Below the pieces are notes generated by a model. That model did not search any database, was not told the origin of the DNA, and saw nothing but the letters and a program-made list of their open reading frames with translations. Source: Candidatus Woesearchaeota archaeon (GTDB lineage Archaea; Nanobdellota; Nanobdellia; Woesearchaeales; GW2011-AR9). Taken from it: a DNA stretch of 49,934 nt. Both the position numbers and the translations under genes were made by a program. Below, piece after piece: positions 1 through 8,761 of this stretch (positions are counted from its first letter, which is position 1; every line of letters begins with the position of its first letter). Location: assembly GCA_018657475.1 (NCBI GenBank), contig JABHXC010000022.1, forward strand, positions 1 through 49,934, written 5' to 3'.

Positions 1-710
1 ACATCCATAAGCATATCTTTATTTGGATCTGTTAGGCCTAAAAGAATCATTTCTGGTTCAACATGTGAGCGTTCATAAACTCCTAACATATTTATAATAT
101 CTATCATATCTTTATTTCTTGGTAAATTGTCACCGGTAATGATCCCTAATTTCATTCTCATGAGCCCACCTAGTCTGTAAGCCGGGATTTTTACTCCATA
201 CACAGAAACATTTTGTGTTGCTTCAAAATCTTCTTTTTGTAACTCGTGGTTTGCGACTCTAATTATGTCATGAAATCTATCTGGATAGTATAAATCTATT
301 TCTGCAAGTGATTCTCTTCCTAAAACTTCGTCAATTCCCCTATCATGAATTTTCATTCTTTTTTTATCAGGTAGTGAAAGTGATTGATGTGATTCTGATC
401 CTAAGCGATTTTCTAGAAATTTTGTTGCAGATGGTGATGCACATGCTACATCAAGATCGTGTGAACCTCTCCAATAAGGAACAATTTCTGGTCCTTCAGT
501 GTAGATCATATGTGCAAGAACTCCAAACCCACCTAAAACTAATAATTGATCTTTTGAATAAAAAGGGTCTTGTTCAAATTCATCAGCTAAACCTAAAAGG
601 TGCAGAAAAACGTCTCCATATCTTGGGTCTTTTTCTAGAACTTTCTGAATATATTCCTCAAATTTTTTACCTTTTTCAAGATTTTTAAGTCTAACATCAT
701 CGAATGCCAT
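1..710 (-). CDS. Nucleotidyltransferase, AbiEii/Pol-beta superfamily-like (runs off the window edge; missing from the ORF track)
   Basis: Manual translation from ATG at 710 stays open to position 1: MAFDDVRLKNL...LVLGGFGVLAH...RGSHDLDV...EIDLY...LMRMKL...PRNKDMIDI (GG, DxD and K...R.KD..D motifs). Confidence 0.7.
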   Translation of the reverse strand, partial: MAFDDVRLKNLEKGKKFEEYIQKVLEKDPRYGDVFLHLLGLADEFEQDPFYSKDQLLVLGGFGVLAHMIYTEGPEIVPYWRGSHDLDVACASPSATKFLENRLGSESHQSLSLPDKKRMKIHDRGIDEVLGRESLAEIDLYYPDRFHDIIRVANHELQKEDFEATQNVSVYGVKIPAYRLGGLMRMKLGIITGDNLPRNKDMIDIINMLGVYERSHVEPEMILLGLTDPNKDMLMD

Positions 711-923
711 ATCTAATTTACTTTACTTCTATTTATAAATCTTTCCTTTTTGTAGTCACTTAAAAGTGGGAACTATTCGTCTTTTGAAGCATAGATAAAT
801 TTTTAAATGGTTCTAAAGTGTTAAATTAAGATAAATCTGCTTAATATTACCCTTTGATATATTTGGTAGTTTTATTAACTGGTGGGTAGCAACATTTATA
901 AATGGCGCTGATTTTTACAATAA

Positions 924-1538
924 ATGGCACAAGAACTTTTTGATATTGATTCTGTAGATTCACTTGTTCGTCAAGTTTGGGCACAGCGAAAAACTATTTC
1001 TTTAGATCAATTTGAAATGCCTACTTATGAAATTCCTGATAGTTATACCATAAAAGAATTTAATTTTAGTTCTGAGGATAATATATATCGTAAAGAAATA
1101 AAATGTGCGCTTGATGATATTGCAAATAAATCAATGGCCGCAGGATATCCAATAAGTGTTTTTACTGCACTTTATGAAGCTGTACTTAATGCTCATCAAC
1201 ACGGAAATAAAAAAGATTCTGCAAAGAAAGTTGTTATTGCTTATAAGATTGATAATGAAACTGTTGAAGTTGGAGTTATTGATGAAGTAGGGGAGTTAAC
1301 TCCAGAATTTTTTCCATTTGTTCAGAGACATCGTGAAGGTCTTGAGCCAGTACTAGATTTTTATAAATTTTCAGGTAGGGAAGCACAAGGTCCAAATTTA
1401 GGTACTGGGACTTCTTTTATGCATATGTATGCCGATAATGTTCAATATTTTAAATCTTCTGAAAGTGGCTTAGTTGCTCATTTGACATTTCAACGAGAAA
1501 AAGATTTATCTGGAAATCAATCTAAAAACATAAACTGA
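924..1538 (+). CDS. HATPase_c/GHKL protein, RsbW/anti-sigma-factor-kinase-like
   Basis: N box ALYEAVLNAHQHGN, G1-like IDEVG, G2-like GTGTSFM. Confidence 0.7.
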   Translation: MAQELFDIDSVDSLVRQVWAQRKTISLDQFEMPTYEIPDSYTIKEFNFSSEDNIYRKEIKCALDDIANKSMAAGYPISVFTALYEAVLNAHQHGNKKDSAKKVVIAYKIDNETVEVGVIDEVGELTPEFFPFVQRHREGLEPVLDFYKFSGREAQGPNLGTGTSFMHMYADNVQYFKSSESGLVAHLTFQREKDLSGNQSKNIN

Positions 1539-2611
1539 TAGTCATATGCAGAAGAAGATCCAAAGGATTCTATTTCTAGTTGTTCAACATTTCCTCTATC
1601 AATTGAATATAAACTAACATCATTGACTTTAGAATTATCACCATAAGTTGCAATCATTACTTTACCATCTTCTGCATCTATAGCTATTCCCTTTTCCGTA
1701 TTGTCTAACTCTACTTCTGCCATTGCAGTAGATTCCCCTTCTAAAGGAAATCTATGGATTTGGAATATTTTATTACTCATTTTAACTACTCTATACAACG
1801 CATCATCTCCAGCTACAGTGGTAGTAAACTCTGTTCTTGGAATCCCACTAATTATAGTTTTCTTAACATTACCATTATTATCATGTGATCTTACTGAATA
1901 AGTATCGGTTTCTATATCATATGCTAAAGTAACTAAAATATCTCCCACTCCATATAATACTCCTTTATTACTTTTATCTTCGTATGATAAAACTTCTTCT
2001 GCTATTCCACCATTAAGACTTTGGCGCATTAATTGCCCTCCGCCAGTTCTTTTACCATACAGATCTGTACCTATTTTTTTCCTATAATAAGCATAGTCCC
2101 CAACAATAACAACATTATTTGCTTGTACACTTGTATGAGTTATTGTTTCAGCAGTTTTAGGATTTAATTCATAAATTGATGTTACTGTACTTCTACTAGT
2201 GATTGAGAAAAGTTTTCCATTCATAGTAAATGGTTTAATTGAACTTTTTGAATAAGAAGTTGAACTTGTTGTACTCATAACATCAAATTTTTCTGCAACG
2301 GGAATGTACCTGATGACACCTTTACCTGTAGTTTCCCACCTGATATTTGTAGCATAGCCACCACCTTCATTATTTGTATATTGTACACTAACAGGAAGTC
2401 TATGGGCTTCATCACTTAACACAGTTCTATAGAAAAATGCTGGACTGCCTGGAGGGATAGATTCTTCTTTTACTTCTTTAACATTTGTTTCTTCTGTTTC
2501 TATAGTTGTTTCAGAAGTTTCTGTAGATTCAACATTTTCATTGTAATTAATTTGTTCAGAACAGCCAATGATAAGAATTGTGATTAATAATAGAAGTAAT
2601 ACTTTTTTCAT
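1517..2611 (-). CDS. Secreted lipoprotein, beta-rich (possible propeller)
   Basis: MKK + hydrophobic stretch + lipobox-like IIGC, acidic linker, beta-strand-rich body. Confidence 0.6.
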   Translation of the reverse strand: MKKVLLLLLITILIIGCSEQINYNENVESTETSETTIETEETNVKEVKEESIPPGSPAFFYRTVLSDEAHRLPVSVQYTNNEGGGYATNIRWETTGKGVIRYIPVAEKFDVMSTTSSTSYSKSSIKPFTMNGKLFSITSRSTVTSIYELNPKTAETITHTSVQANNVVIVGDYAYYRKKIGTDLYGKRTGGGQLMRQSLNGGIAEEVLSYEDKSNKGVLYGVGDILVTLAYDIETDTYSVRSHDNNGNVKKTIISGIPRTEFTTTVAGDDALYRVVKMSNKIFQIHRFPLEGESTAMAEVELDNTEKGIAIDAEDGKVMIATYGDNSKVNDVSLYSIDRGNVEQLEIESFGSSSAYDYQFMFLD

Positions 2612-2685
2612 ATGTTAAGTATAATATTTTTGTTTATAATGATTTCTTTTAGAATTGAAAATTATAGAAAAAAAGAAAAAAAGAA

Positions 2686-2940
2686 TTAACGTCTTTTTCG
2701 TGTAGCTTTTTTCTTAGCAGTTTTTTTAACTACAGGTGCTGGAGCACATGAAGCGTTACATCCTTTGCATTTATTTGGCATTACTAACATTAAGAATCCA
2801 CCAATTGTCATTAATACTGCGACCCAAGCAATCCAACCTGTTAAATCATTCCATCTTGGCCAAACAAAAGCATTTAACAAAAGTAATGCGCCAAGAATTA
2901 ATTTTGTTGAACCCATACATTTTTTACAATTTCCCATCAT
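2686..2940 (-). CDS. Small two-TM membrane protein with CxxC motifs and basic tail
   Basis: GAGGT SD upstream; CKKC, two hydrophobic helices, CKGC, K/R-rich C-terminus. Confidence 0.6.
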   Translation of the reverse strand: MMGNCKKCMGSTKLILGALLLLNAFVWPRWNDLTGWIAWVAVLMTIGGFLMLVMPNKCKGCNASCAPAPVVKKTAKKKATRKRR

Positions 2941-2994
2941 ATTTACCTCAATTTTTATTAGAAAGAAATCTTTATGGTTTAAAAATGCTGTGGT

Positions 2995-3456
2995 TTATTC
3001 GTCATCACTGTCTTCACGGCGGATAACTTTTACAGCATCCATTTTAACAGTAATTGGAATTGGTACTGCCGCTTCTAACAATTCTACAACAATATCTTCT
3101 TTTTGTTTATTTAATCGCATAACTTTTGCGTTTTCTCTTTTGAAAGGACCAGAGATGATTTCAACAATATCTCCTTTTTGAATGTTCATTTCAACTTTTA
3201 CTTGTTGTAACATATGTTCAATTTCTGGATAAGGAATTTCTGTTGGAAGAATACCTCTTGCATAAGGAACACCTTGAACTGCCATTTCTGCATCACTTTT
3301 AGAAGCTACTTCGATAAAAATGTAACCTCTCATTCCATGTGGACGGATAACTGAATAAACTTGAACTTTTGTAGCACGTTCTAGCTTAGCTATTAGATAA
3401 TCAACTACTTGATCTTCTCTGTTCGCTGCTGTTCTTATACTGTATATTTGGCTCAT
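2995..3456 (-). CDS. spt5: Transcription elongation factor Spt5/NusG
   Basis: NGN domain (GYIFIE) plus KOW motif GDIVEIISGPFK; follows secE. Confidence 0.96.
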   Translation of the reverse strand: MSQIYSIRTAANREDQVVDYLIAKLERATKVQVYSVIRPHGMRGYIFIEVASKSDAEMAVQGVPYARGILPTEIPYPEIEHMLQQVKVEMNIQKGDIVEIISGPFKRENAKVMRLNKQKEDIVVELLEAAVPIPITVKMDAVKVIRREDSDDE

Positions 3457-3653
3457 TTTAGTAACACTTCTTGAACAATCAATTTAACCATAAAAATGGC
3501 AAAACCGATGATCCCTACAATTGCAATTCCCAAACCTGTAACCTTTACCAGATTTTTATACTCTTCCCTAGAAGGTTTCTTGAGAATACGCATAACTCTG
3601 ACTGTTTCTTTAAAAAACTTTTTGATTCGGCTACGTTTTTGTGGTTGTTCCAT
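3453..3653 (-). CDS. secE: Protein translocase SecE/Sec61-gamma
   Basis: RVMRILKKPSREEY followed by one TM helix; ftsZ-secE-spt5 synteny. Confidence 0.95.
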   Translation of the reverse strand: MEQPQKRSRIKKFFKETVRVMRILKKPSREEYKNLVKVTGLGIAIVGIIGFAIFMVKLIVQEVLLK

Positions 3654-3699
3654 GAATAAGCTTCAAAACCTGAAGTTGCTTTATAAAGGTTTTGCTTAC

Positions 3700-4833
3700 T
3701 TAATTAACAATGTCGATCCCAAGCTCGGATTCCATAGCTTGTTGTCTTTGAGTGAACAGTTGATGACCTTCTCCAAAGATTTGTTCAGAATTAACTCCTG
3801 TTACAATTAACATTGTTCTTATTGTTTTTTCAAGATCTTTATAGATTTGAGCTCCCCAAATAATCTTTGCTTTTGGATCAAGTCTTTCAGCGACTGCTTC
3901 AACAATTTGTCTAGAATCATCTAAAGTAAGTGAATCTCCTCCAGAAATGTTGATCAAAGCACCTGTAGCGTCAGAGATGTCAACGTCAATTAAAGGATTC
4001 TCTAATGCTTTTTGTACAGATTCAGAAGCTCTATGTTCAGAATCTGATTCTCCAACACCAATCATTGCCACGCCACCTTCACTCATAATAGCTTTAACGT
4101 CAGCAAAGTCTAAATTTACCAATCCTGCTTTTGTTACTAACTCAGCGACACCTTTAACAGCATTAGTTAAAATTTCATCTGCAACTTTAAATGCAGTCTG
4201 TAAAGGTAAATGTGGAGCTAACTCTAACAATTTTTCGTTAGGAATAACAATTAAGGTATTAACAGATTGTTCCATTCTTTCTAAGCCAGTAATTGCATTC
4301 TCAAACCGATGGGATCCTTCCATAGTAAACGGAATTGTAACAATACCCACACTAAGAATACCCATTTTTTTTGCCAAAGCTGCCATGAACGGTGCTGAAC
4401 CCGTTCCAGTTCCACCACCTAAACCTGCAGTAATAAAGATCATATCTGAACCAGTAATTAACTTTTTTAGTTCACCCTCATTTTCTTTAGCAGCTGCTTC
4501 ACCTACTTTTGGGTTTGAACCTGCACCCAAACCTTGAGTTAACTCTTTTCCAATAAGCAACTTTTTTTCAGCATTTGTGTATAACAAATCTTGTGCATCG
4601 GTATTAATTGCTATAGTTTCAATACCTTTAACTCCAACTTCAGAAATTCTATTAATTGTATTATTGCCTGCTCCACCACACCCTACAACTTTGATCCTGG
4701 TTTTTTGACTAGCAATTAATTGTTGTAATTCATCATCTAAATCTTGATTAGCTTTTTTATGAGAAATTTCTTGCGTTTGAATGGTAGGTTGACCATTCGG
4801 TTGTTGATATTCTCCTCTTTGTTCTTCGTACAT
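3700..4833 (-). CDS. ftsZ: Cell division protein FtsZ
   Basis: GCGGAGNN, GGGTGTG, NLDFADV; start placed at ATG 4833 behind a GGGGTGA SD. Confidence 0.98.
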   Translation of the reverse strand: MYEEQRGEYQQPNGQPTIQTQEISHKKANQDLDDELQQLIASQKTRIKVVGCGGAGNNTINRISEVGVKGIETIAINTDAQDLLYTNAEKKLLIGKELTQGLGAGSNPKVGEAAAKENEGELKKLITGSDMIFITAGLGGGTGTGSAPFMAALAKKMGILSVGIVTIPFTMEGSHRFENAITGLERMEQSVNTLIVIPNEKLLELAPHLPLQTAFKVADEILTNAVKGVAELVTKAGLVNLDFADVKAIMSEGGVAMIGVGESDSEHRASESVQKALENPLIDVDISDATGALINISGGDSLTLDDSRQIVEAVAERLDPKAKIIWGAQIYKDLEKTIRTMLIVTGVNSEQIFGEGHQLFTQRQQAMESELGIDIVN

Positions 4834-4897
4834 AAATTTCACCCCAAATACAGTTTATTTAGGGAAAGAATGGATATATAAATATTATGCCAGTGAA

Positions 4898-5563
4898 CTA
4901 GCTGGATTGTTTTGTAGGGAATTCTACTTCTTTTATTCCAGTAACTTCTTGCAACTTTTTTGTTAACACTTCAAGAACAGGAGCGGGAAGTGGCATTGGT
5001 AAACTTACTTTTGCTTTATCTTCTTTAACTTCAACTGTTATTTTATCTTCTGGAATACGTAATGTTCTATTAAGAAATTTACTGATTTGTTCATTTTTTT
5101 GAGTAATCTTTTTTTGGATAGTAAACTCGTACATTACTTCTTTACCTGCTAATGGGTGATTAAAATTAACAATAACTCTTCCTCCAGCAACTCGAGTAAT
5201 TGTGCCTATTTGACCATCAACATTAATTTGTAAACCTGGTTGAGGAGTCATTTTATGTTCTTTAAAAGCTCCCATAGGCATGATTCTCATATTTTTAACA
5301 TCTCTTTTACCAAAAGCTTGTTCTGGTGTTAAGGTTGCAGTATAAGTTTTACCTACCTCCTTATCAATAAACTCATTATCTAGTCCTGGTAATAATTGTT
5401 TTTCACCAACACAAACAGTTGCAGGATTATACGGATGTTTATCTGAAAATAGTCCATTATCTTTAGCTACTTTAGCAATAGTAGTATCAAAAACTGTACC
5501 ATCTTGTAACTTGCCAGTATATTCTACTACAATAAAATCGTGTGTTTTAACAGTTTCTGTCAT
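4898..5563 (-). CDS. slyD: FKBP-type peptidyl-prolyl isomerase (long archaeal SlyD-like)
   Basis: YTGKLQDGTVFDTT, PEQAFG, NFNHPLAGK. Confidence 0.93.
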   Translation of the reverse strand: MTETVKTHDFIVVEYTGKLQDGTVFDTTIAKVAKDNGLFSDKHPYNPATVCVGEKQLLPGLDNEFIDKEVGKTYTATLTPEQAFGKRDVKNMRIMPMGAFKEHKMTPQPGLQINVDGQIGTITRVAGGRVIVNFNHPLAGKEVMYEFTIQKKITQKNEQISKFLNRTLRIPEDKITVEVKEDKAKVSLPMPLPAPVLEVLTKKLQEVTGIKEVEFPTKQSS

Positions 5564-5586
5564 AGTGTGAGAAGAAGATATATTCT

Positions 5587-6072
5587 TTATAAGTCTTTTT
5601 GTGAGGTAGTATGGTCTTTGGAGAGTTTTCCAATAATTTTTAGTTTTGTTAGACTTATTCCTAAACTTAATATCTCTTCTTTTGAGAGATTTGGCATGCT
5701 AGATGAATATCTATCTATAATTGCTTTTTTGAGACTTTCAACGTCTTTAATGTGTGAAAAAGAAAATTTAAAATCTTCTTTGGTTAAATCATTGTATGAT
5801 AAATTATTTTTTACTTCAACACAAACTCCCACATAAGAATTTTTAATATCAAGTTCAGGTAAAACTTGATCTTCTTTAGATTTAAAATAGCCTCTTTTTA
5901 GAATTTTAGTTAAAAGATAAGCAATTCCAACGTCATGACCGCTGGATTGTAAATTAAAATGATTTAAAAAAGTTGTATTTTTTTTAATGGAATTAAAATC
6001 TTCTGGTTGTAATCTGATAACATTAAGAATTTGACTTTTTAAATAAGTGTTTCTTTCAATTAAATTAACCAT
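5587..6072 (-). CDS. Hypothetical protein (possibly PUA/ASCH-like)
   Basis: 161-aa ORF overlapping the cmk stop; fold guess is weak. Confidence 0.5.
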   Translation of the reverse strand: MVNLIERNTYLKSQILNVIRLQPEDFNSIKKNTTFLNHFNLQSSGHDVGIAYLLTKILKRGYFKSKEDQVLPELDIKNSYVGVCVEVKNNLSYNDLTKEDFKFSFSHIKDVESLKKAIIDRYSSSMPNLSKEEILSLGISLTKLKIIGKLSKDHTTSQKDL

Positions 6073-6631
6073 GTAAAAACTCTAAAATTTTTTCAGTTAC
6101 TTCTTTAGCAGAAATTGTTGTTGAATCAACTATAAAATCATAATTACTTTTTTTTCTATGGTCAATATTGTAATATTCCATATATCTTTCTGCATCTTCT
6201 GCGTCTCTTTTTTTAACACTATCTTGGACTTCTTTTAATGAATTAACTGAATCTTCATTTCTTTCTTGTTGTAATGCTTTATCTTGTAAATCTTTCCAAA
6301 CACGTTTTGCTCCTTCTTCTGGATTAACTGTGATGAAAATCTTTTTTGATTCAGGGAGAAAATGAAATTGTGTTCTTCCTTCAACAATAACTGTTTTTCT
6401 AGAATTTGTGAGTTCTCTAGCTTTTGCTGCAACTTTTAGATCTATTTTTTTATCAATTTCTGGATCTGATTTTGTTATTTCATTTAATTCCTTTAAAGTT
6501 ATATTTTTTTCTCTAGCCAGTTCTCTAAACATTCCGCCAGCATAGACTCTTTCTGCATTCAGCTTTTTTTGTAGTAGTTTAGCAACAGTACTTTTTCCAC
6601 TGCCAGGATTACCTGAGATAGTAATTATCAT
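6065..6631 (-). CDS. cmk: Archaeal cytidylate kinase
   Basis: IITISGNPGSGKST P-loop, GGMFRELA, IVEGR. Confidence 0.9.
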   Translation of the reverse strand: MIITISGNPGSGKSTVAKLLQKKLNAERVYAGGMFRELAREKNITLKELNEITKSDPEIDKKIDLKVAAKARELTNSRKTVIVEGRTQFHFLPESKKIFITVNPEEGAKRVWKDLQDKALQQERNEDSVNSLKEVQDSVKKRDAEDAERYMEYYNIDHRKKSNYDFIVDSTTISAKEVTEKILEFLHG

Positions 6632-6713
6632 ATCTGTAAATTGTGTGAACTATAACTTATAATAGTTTCTACTCTGGAAATACTTATATCTTTGTTTAAT
6701 ATTTAACCTATAA

Positions 6714-7325
6714 ATGGAAAAAAAGAAGGATGTTAAGTGGTTTCATTGGCAGTACCTCATTTTAGTGTTATTCTTGATTTTTTTAGTAGCATTTGTTGTT
6801 AAGCCAGGTATTGTAGGTTATACAGTTTATCAGAATGTTAAAGAAACAAATTATTCTTTAGAAACTTATGGGCAACAAGTTAATACTTTAGAAAGTTCTC
6901 TTGTTAGTTTAAAAGCAAACTTATTAGGACAGGAAAAGTTAGTTGATGTTTTACAAAAACAAGCTTCTGAAAACAAGGATGAACTAAAAATTTGTATGAA
7001 TGAGAGAGAAAAATATTTACTTAATTCACAGAAATTTAAGCAAGAAACAGATTTACTCAATGAACAACTTCTTAAAATTGAAAGTGATAAAATTTCTCAG
7101 GTTAAAGAAAAAGTTGAGGAAGAAACTGTCAAACTTAATGATAGGTTATCTATCTGTCAAAATAATTTAGACATTGTTGAAGACAATTTTGCTGGTTTTG
7201 TTAATAACATTGCAAGGAGTGTTTGTTGTAAAGAACTTGTAGATGATCCTACAATAAACTCTTTTGAAATTGTTAATGATAAGTTGGTTTGTGGTTCTGA
7301 TTTAGAAAGTTCTCTTACTTGTTAA
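6714..7325 (+). CDS. Membrane-anchored coiled-coil protein with Cys-containing C-terminal domain
   Basis: N-terminal TM helix, GIVGYTV, heptad pattern, CC...C...C end. Confidence 0.65.
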   Translation: MEKKKDVKWFHWQYLILVLFLIFLVAFVVKPGIVGYTVYQNVKETNYSLETYGQQVNTLESSLVSLKANLLGQEKLVDVLQKQASENKDELKICMNEREKYLLNSQKFKQETDLLNEQLLKIESDKISQVKEKVEEETVKLNDRLSICQNNLDIVEDNFAGFVNNIARSVCCKELVDDPTINSFEIVNDKLVCGSDLESSLTC

Positions 7326-8005
7326 CGTATTCTTTCATAGTCAGTATCTTTAACGTTACTAACTAAATTTTTGCCCCATTGTTTAATCCAAAATGTAGTG
7401 GCTTTTGTTAAACCCCATTTTTCAAATCTTCTCATTGAGGTAACAGCTTTTGTGTTTACACATTGGTACTTACCATGACTTAATAATTTGTTTGTTAGTT
7501 CTTTATGCTCTTTAACTATAATCTCTGGGTTATAACCGTTTACTAAATCAAAATCTTTTTTTCTACAAATTAAAACACCACTACAACCTTTATAGAAACC
7601 AGTAGAATTATAAAAATTCTTGAACCACATAGCGAACTTGTATTTATTCTTAGAAATGTCAGGTGTTACTTTAGTTGTTGCAACACTGAACTTTTTAGTA
7701 AACTGGTTGTGGATTGTTTGTAATGCATTTTTAGGCAGTAGTGTATCTGCGTCAAGAAAAACTAAAATGTCTCCTTTTGCTTTTCCAGCACCATAATTTC
7801 TTGCTCGGCTAACATGTGGTTTTACAGAATTGAAATGTTTTACCCAAGGTTGTTGTTTAACTAAATTTTCTGTTTTATCTGTACAGCCGTTTGTAACTAC
7901 AATAGTTTCATGGTCGGCAAATGATTGTTGTTTAATACTTAACAATGTGTCACTAATATATTGCTCTTCATTATGGGCAGGTATGATTAGCGAGAACGTT
8001 GGCAT
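7322..8005 (-). CDS. Glycosyltransferase family 2
   Basis: SLIIPAHNEE, ARNYGA, FLDAD, TSMRRF. Confidence 0.92.
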   Translation of the reverse strand: MPTFSLIIPAHNEEQYISDTLLSIKQQSFADHETIVVTNGCTDKTENLVKQQPWVKHFNSVKPHVSRARNYGAGKAKGDILVFLDADTLLPKNALQTIHNQFTKKFSVATTKVTPDISKNKYKFAMWFKNFYNSTGFYKGCSGVLICRKKDFDLVNGYNPEIIVKEHKELTNKLLSHGKYQCVNTKAVTSMRRFEKWGLTKATTFWIKQWGKNLVSNVKDTDYERIR

Positions 8006-8052
8006 GTTAACTCTATGAATGAAATGCTTTTAATTGATTGTTATACTGGAAA

Positions 8053-8319
8053 CTATAGTTTGTTCTTATAGATTTTCTTTCTATGACCTAATTCAATAAC
8101 GAAGATTATTAATTTATTATTGTCTATACTTAAAATGATTCTATAATCTCCTACTCTTAATCGAGAAAATGATTTTCCTATAAGATTTTTTACATAAGAA
8201 TGAGGTCTTATTTTAATTCTTTCTAAAACGCCAACAATTCTTTTTTGAATATCTTTTTCAAGCTTGCTTAGTTGTTTTTCAGATTTTTTAGAAAAAATAA
8301 TTTGATACAAAAATACCAC
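8053..8319 (-). CDS. relE: RelE/ParE family toxin
   Basis: Basic 88-aa protein with RLRVGDYRII and ELGHRKKIY. Confidence 0.9.
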   Translation of the reverse strand: MVFLYQIIFSKKSEKQLSKLEKDIQKRIVGVLERIKIRPHSYVKNLIGKSFSRLRVGDYRIILSIDNNKLIIFVIELGHRKKIYKNKL

Positions 8320-8538
8320 TTATAACCCCAATCTTTTCTTAACTTCTTCAAGAGTGTAGAATTCGCCTCTTTCAATCTCTTTAATTGATTGTGAAATATC
8401 TTTTTTAGTTTGTTTACTTAATTCTTGTGTGTCTTCAATTAGATCCCAAATGACCTCTTCGTAGCTTTCACTATCTGTGAATTTTCTTTTCTTTAATTCT
8501 TGAACTAACTCTTGACTAACTTGGATTGTTGTCGCCAT
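8320..8538 (-). CDS. Cognate antitoxin (archaeal RelB-like, RHH-type N-terminus)
   Basis: MATTIQVS...ESYEEVI...YTLEEVKKRLGL; abuts the toxin gene. Confidence 0.85.
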   Translation of the reverse strand: MATTIQVSQELVQELKKRKFTDSESYEEVIWDLIEDTQELSKQTKKDISQSIKEIERGEFYTLEEVKKRLGL

Positions 8539-8585
8539 AGTGGGCTATAGCAAGATATAGTATTTAAAACTTTTGTTAAAAAAAG

Positions 8586-8732
8586 CGGACCTGGGAGGAC
8601 TTTCAAAGATTCTCAGATTTATGAGCGGGAACGCAGTTGACCGCGAATCCCCCTACCAGATCTGGGAGATCTGTTTGAACCCCCGATCCCAACCTTAGGA
8701 GGGTTGTGCCCTATCCACTAGGCTACAGGTCC
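8586..8732 (-). tRNA. tRNA-Arg(CCT) with a 74-nt intron at 59/60 (8600-8673)
   Basis: Acceptor GGACCTG/CAGGTCC, anticodon arm CAACC-CTCCTAA-GGTTG; BHB-like TTCA-AA|C ... TGAA-AG|T restores GGGGG TTCAAAT CCTCC. Confidence 0.92.
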
Positions 8733-8761
8733 GTAGAAATGAAGTTTAGTCAATAACTTTT

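Noticed and set aside
308..688. 126-aa plus-strand ORF
   Set aside because: Antisense shadow of the motif-bearing minus-strand NTase gene (1-710).
8053..8585. Integrated element at tRNA-Arg
   Set aside because: No integrase and no duplicated tRNA 3' end (att repeat) found; only the TA pair is present.
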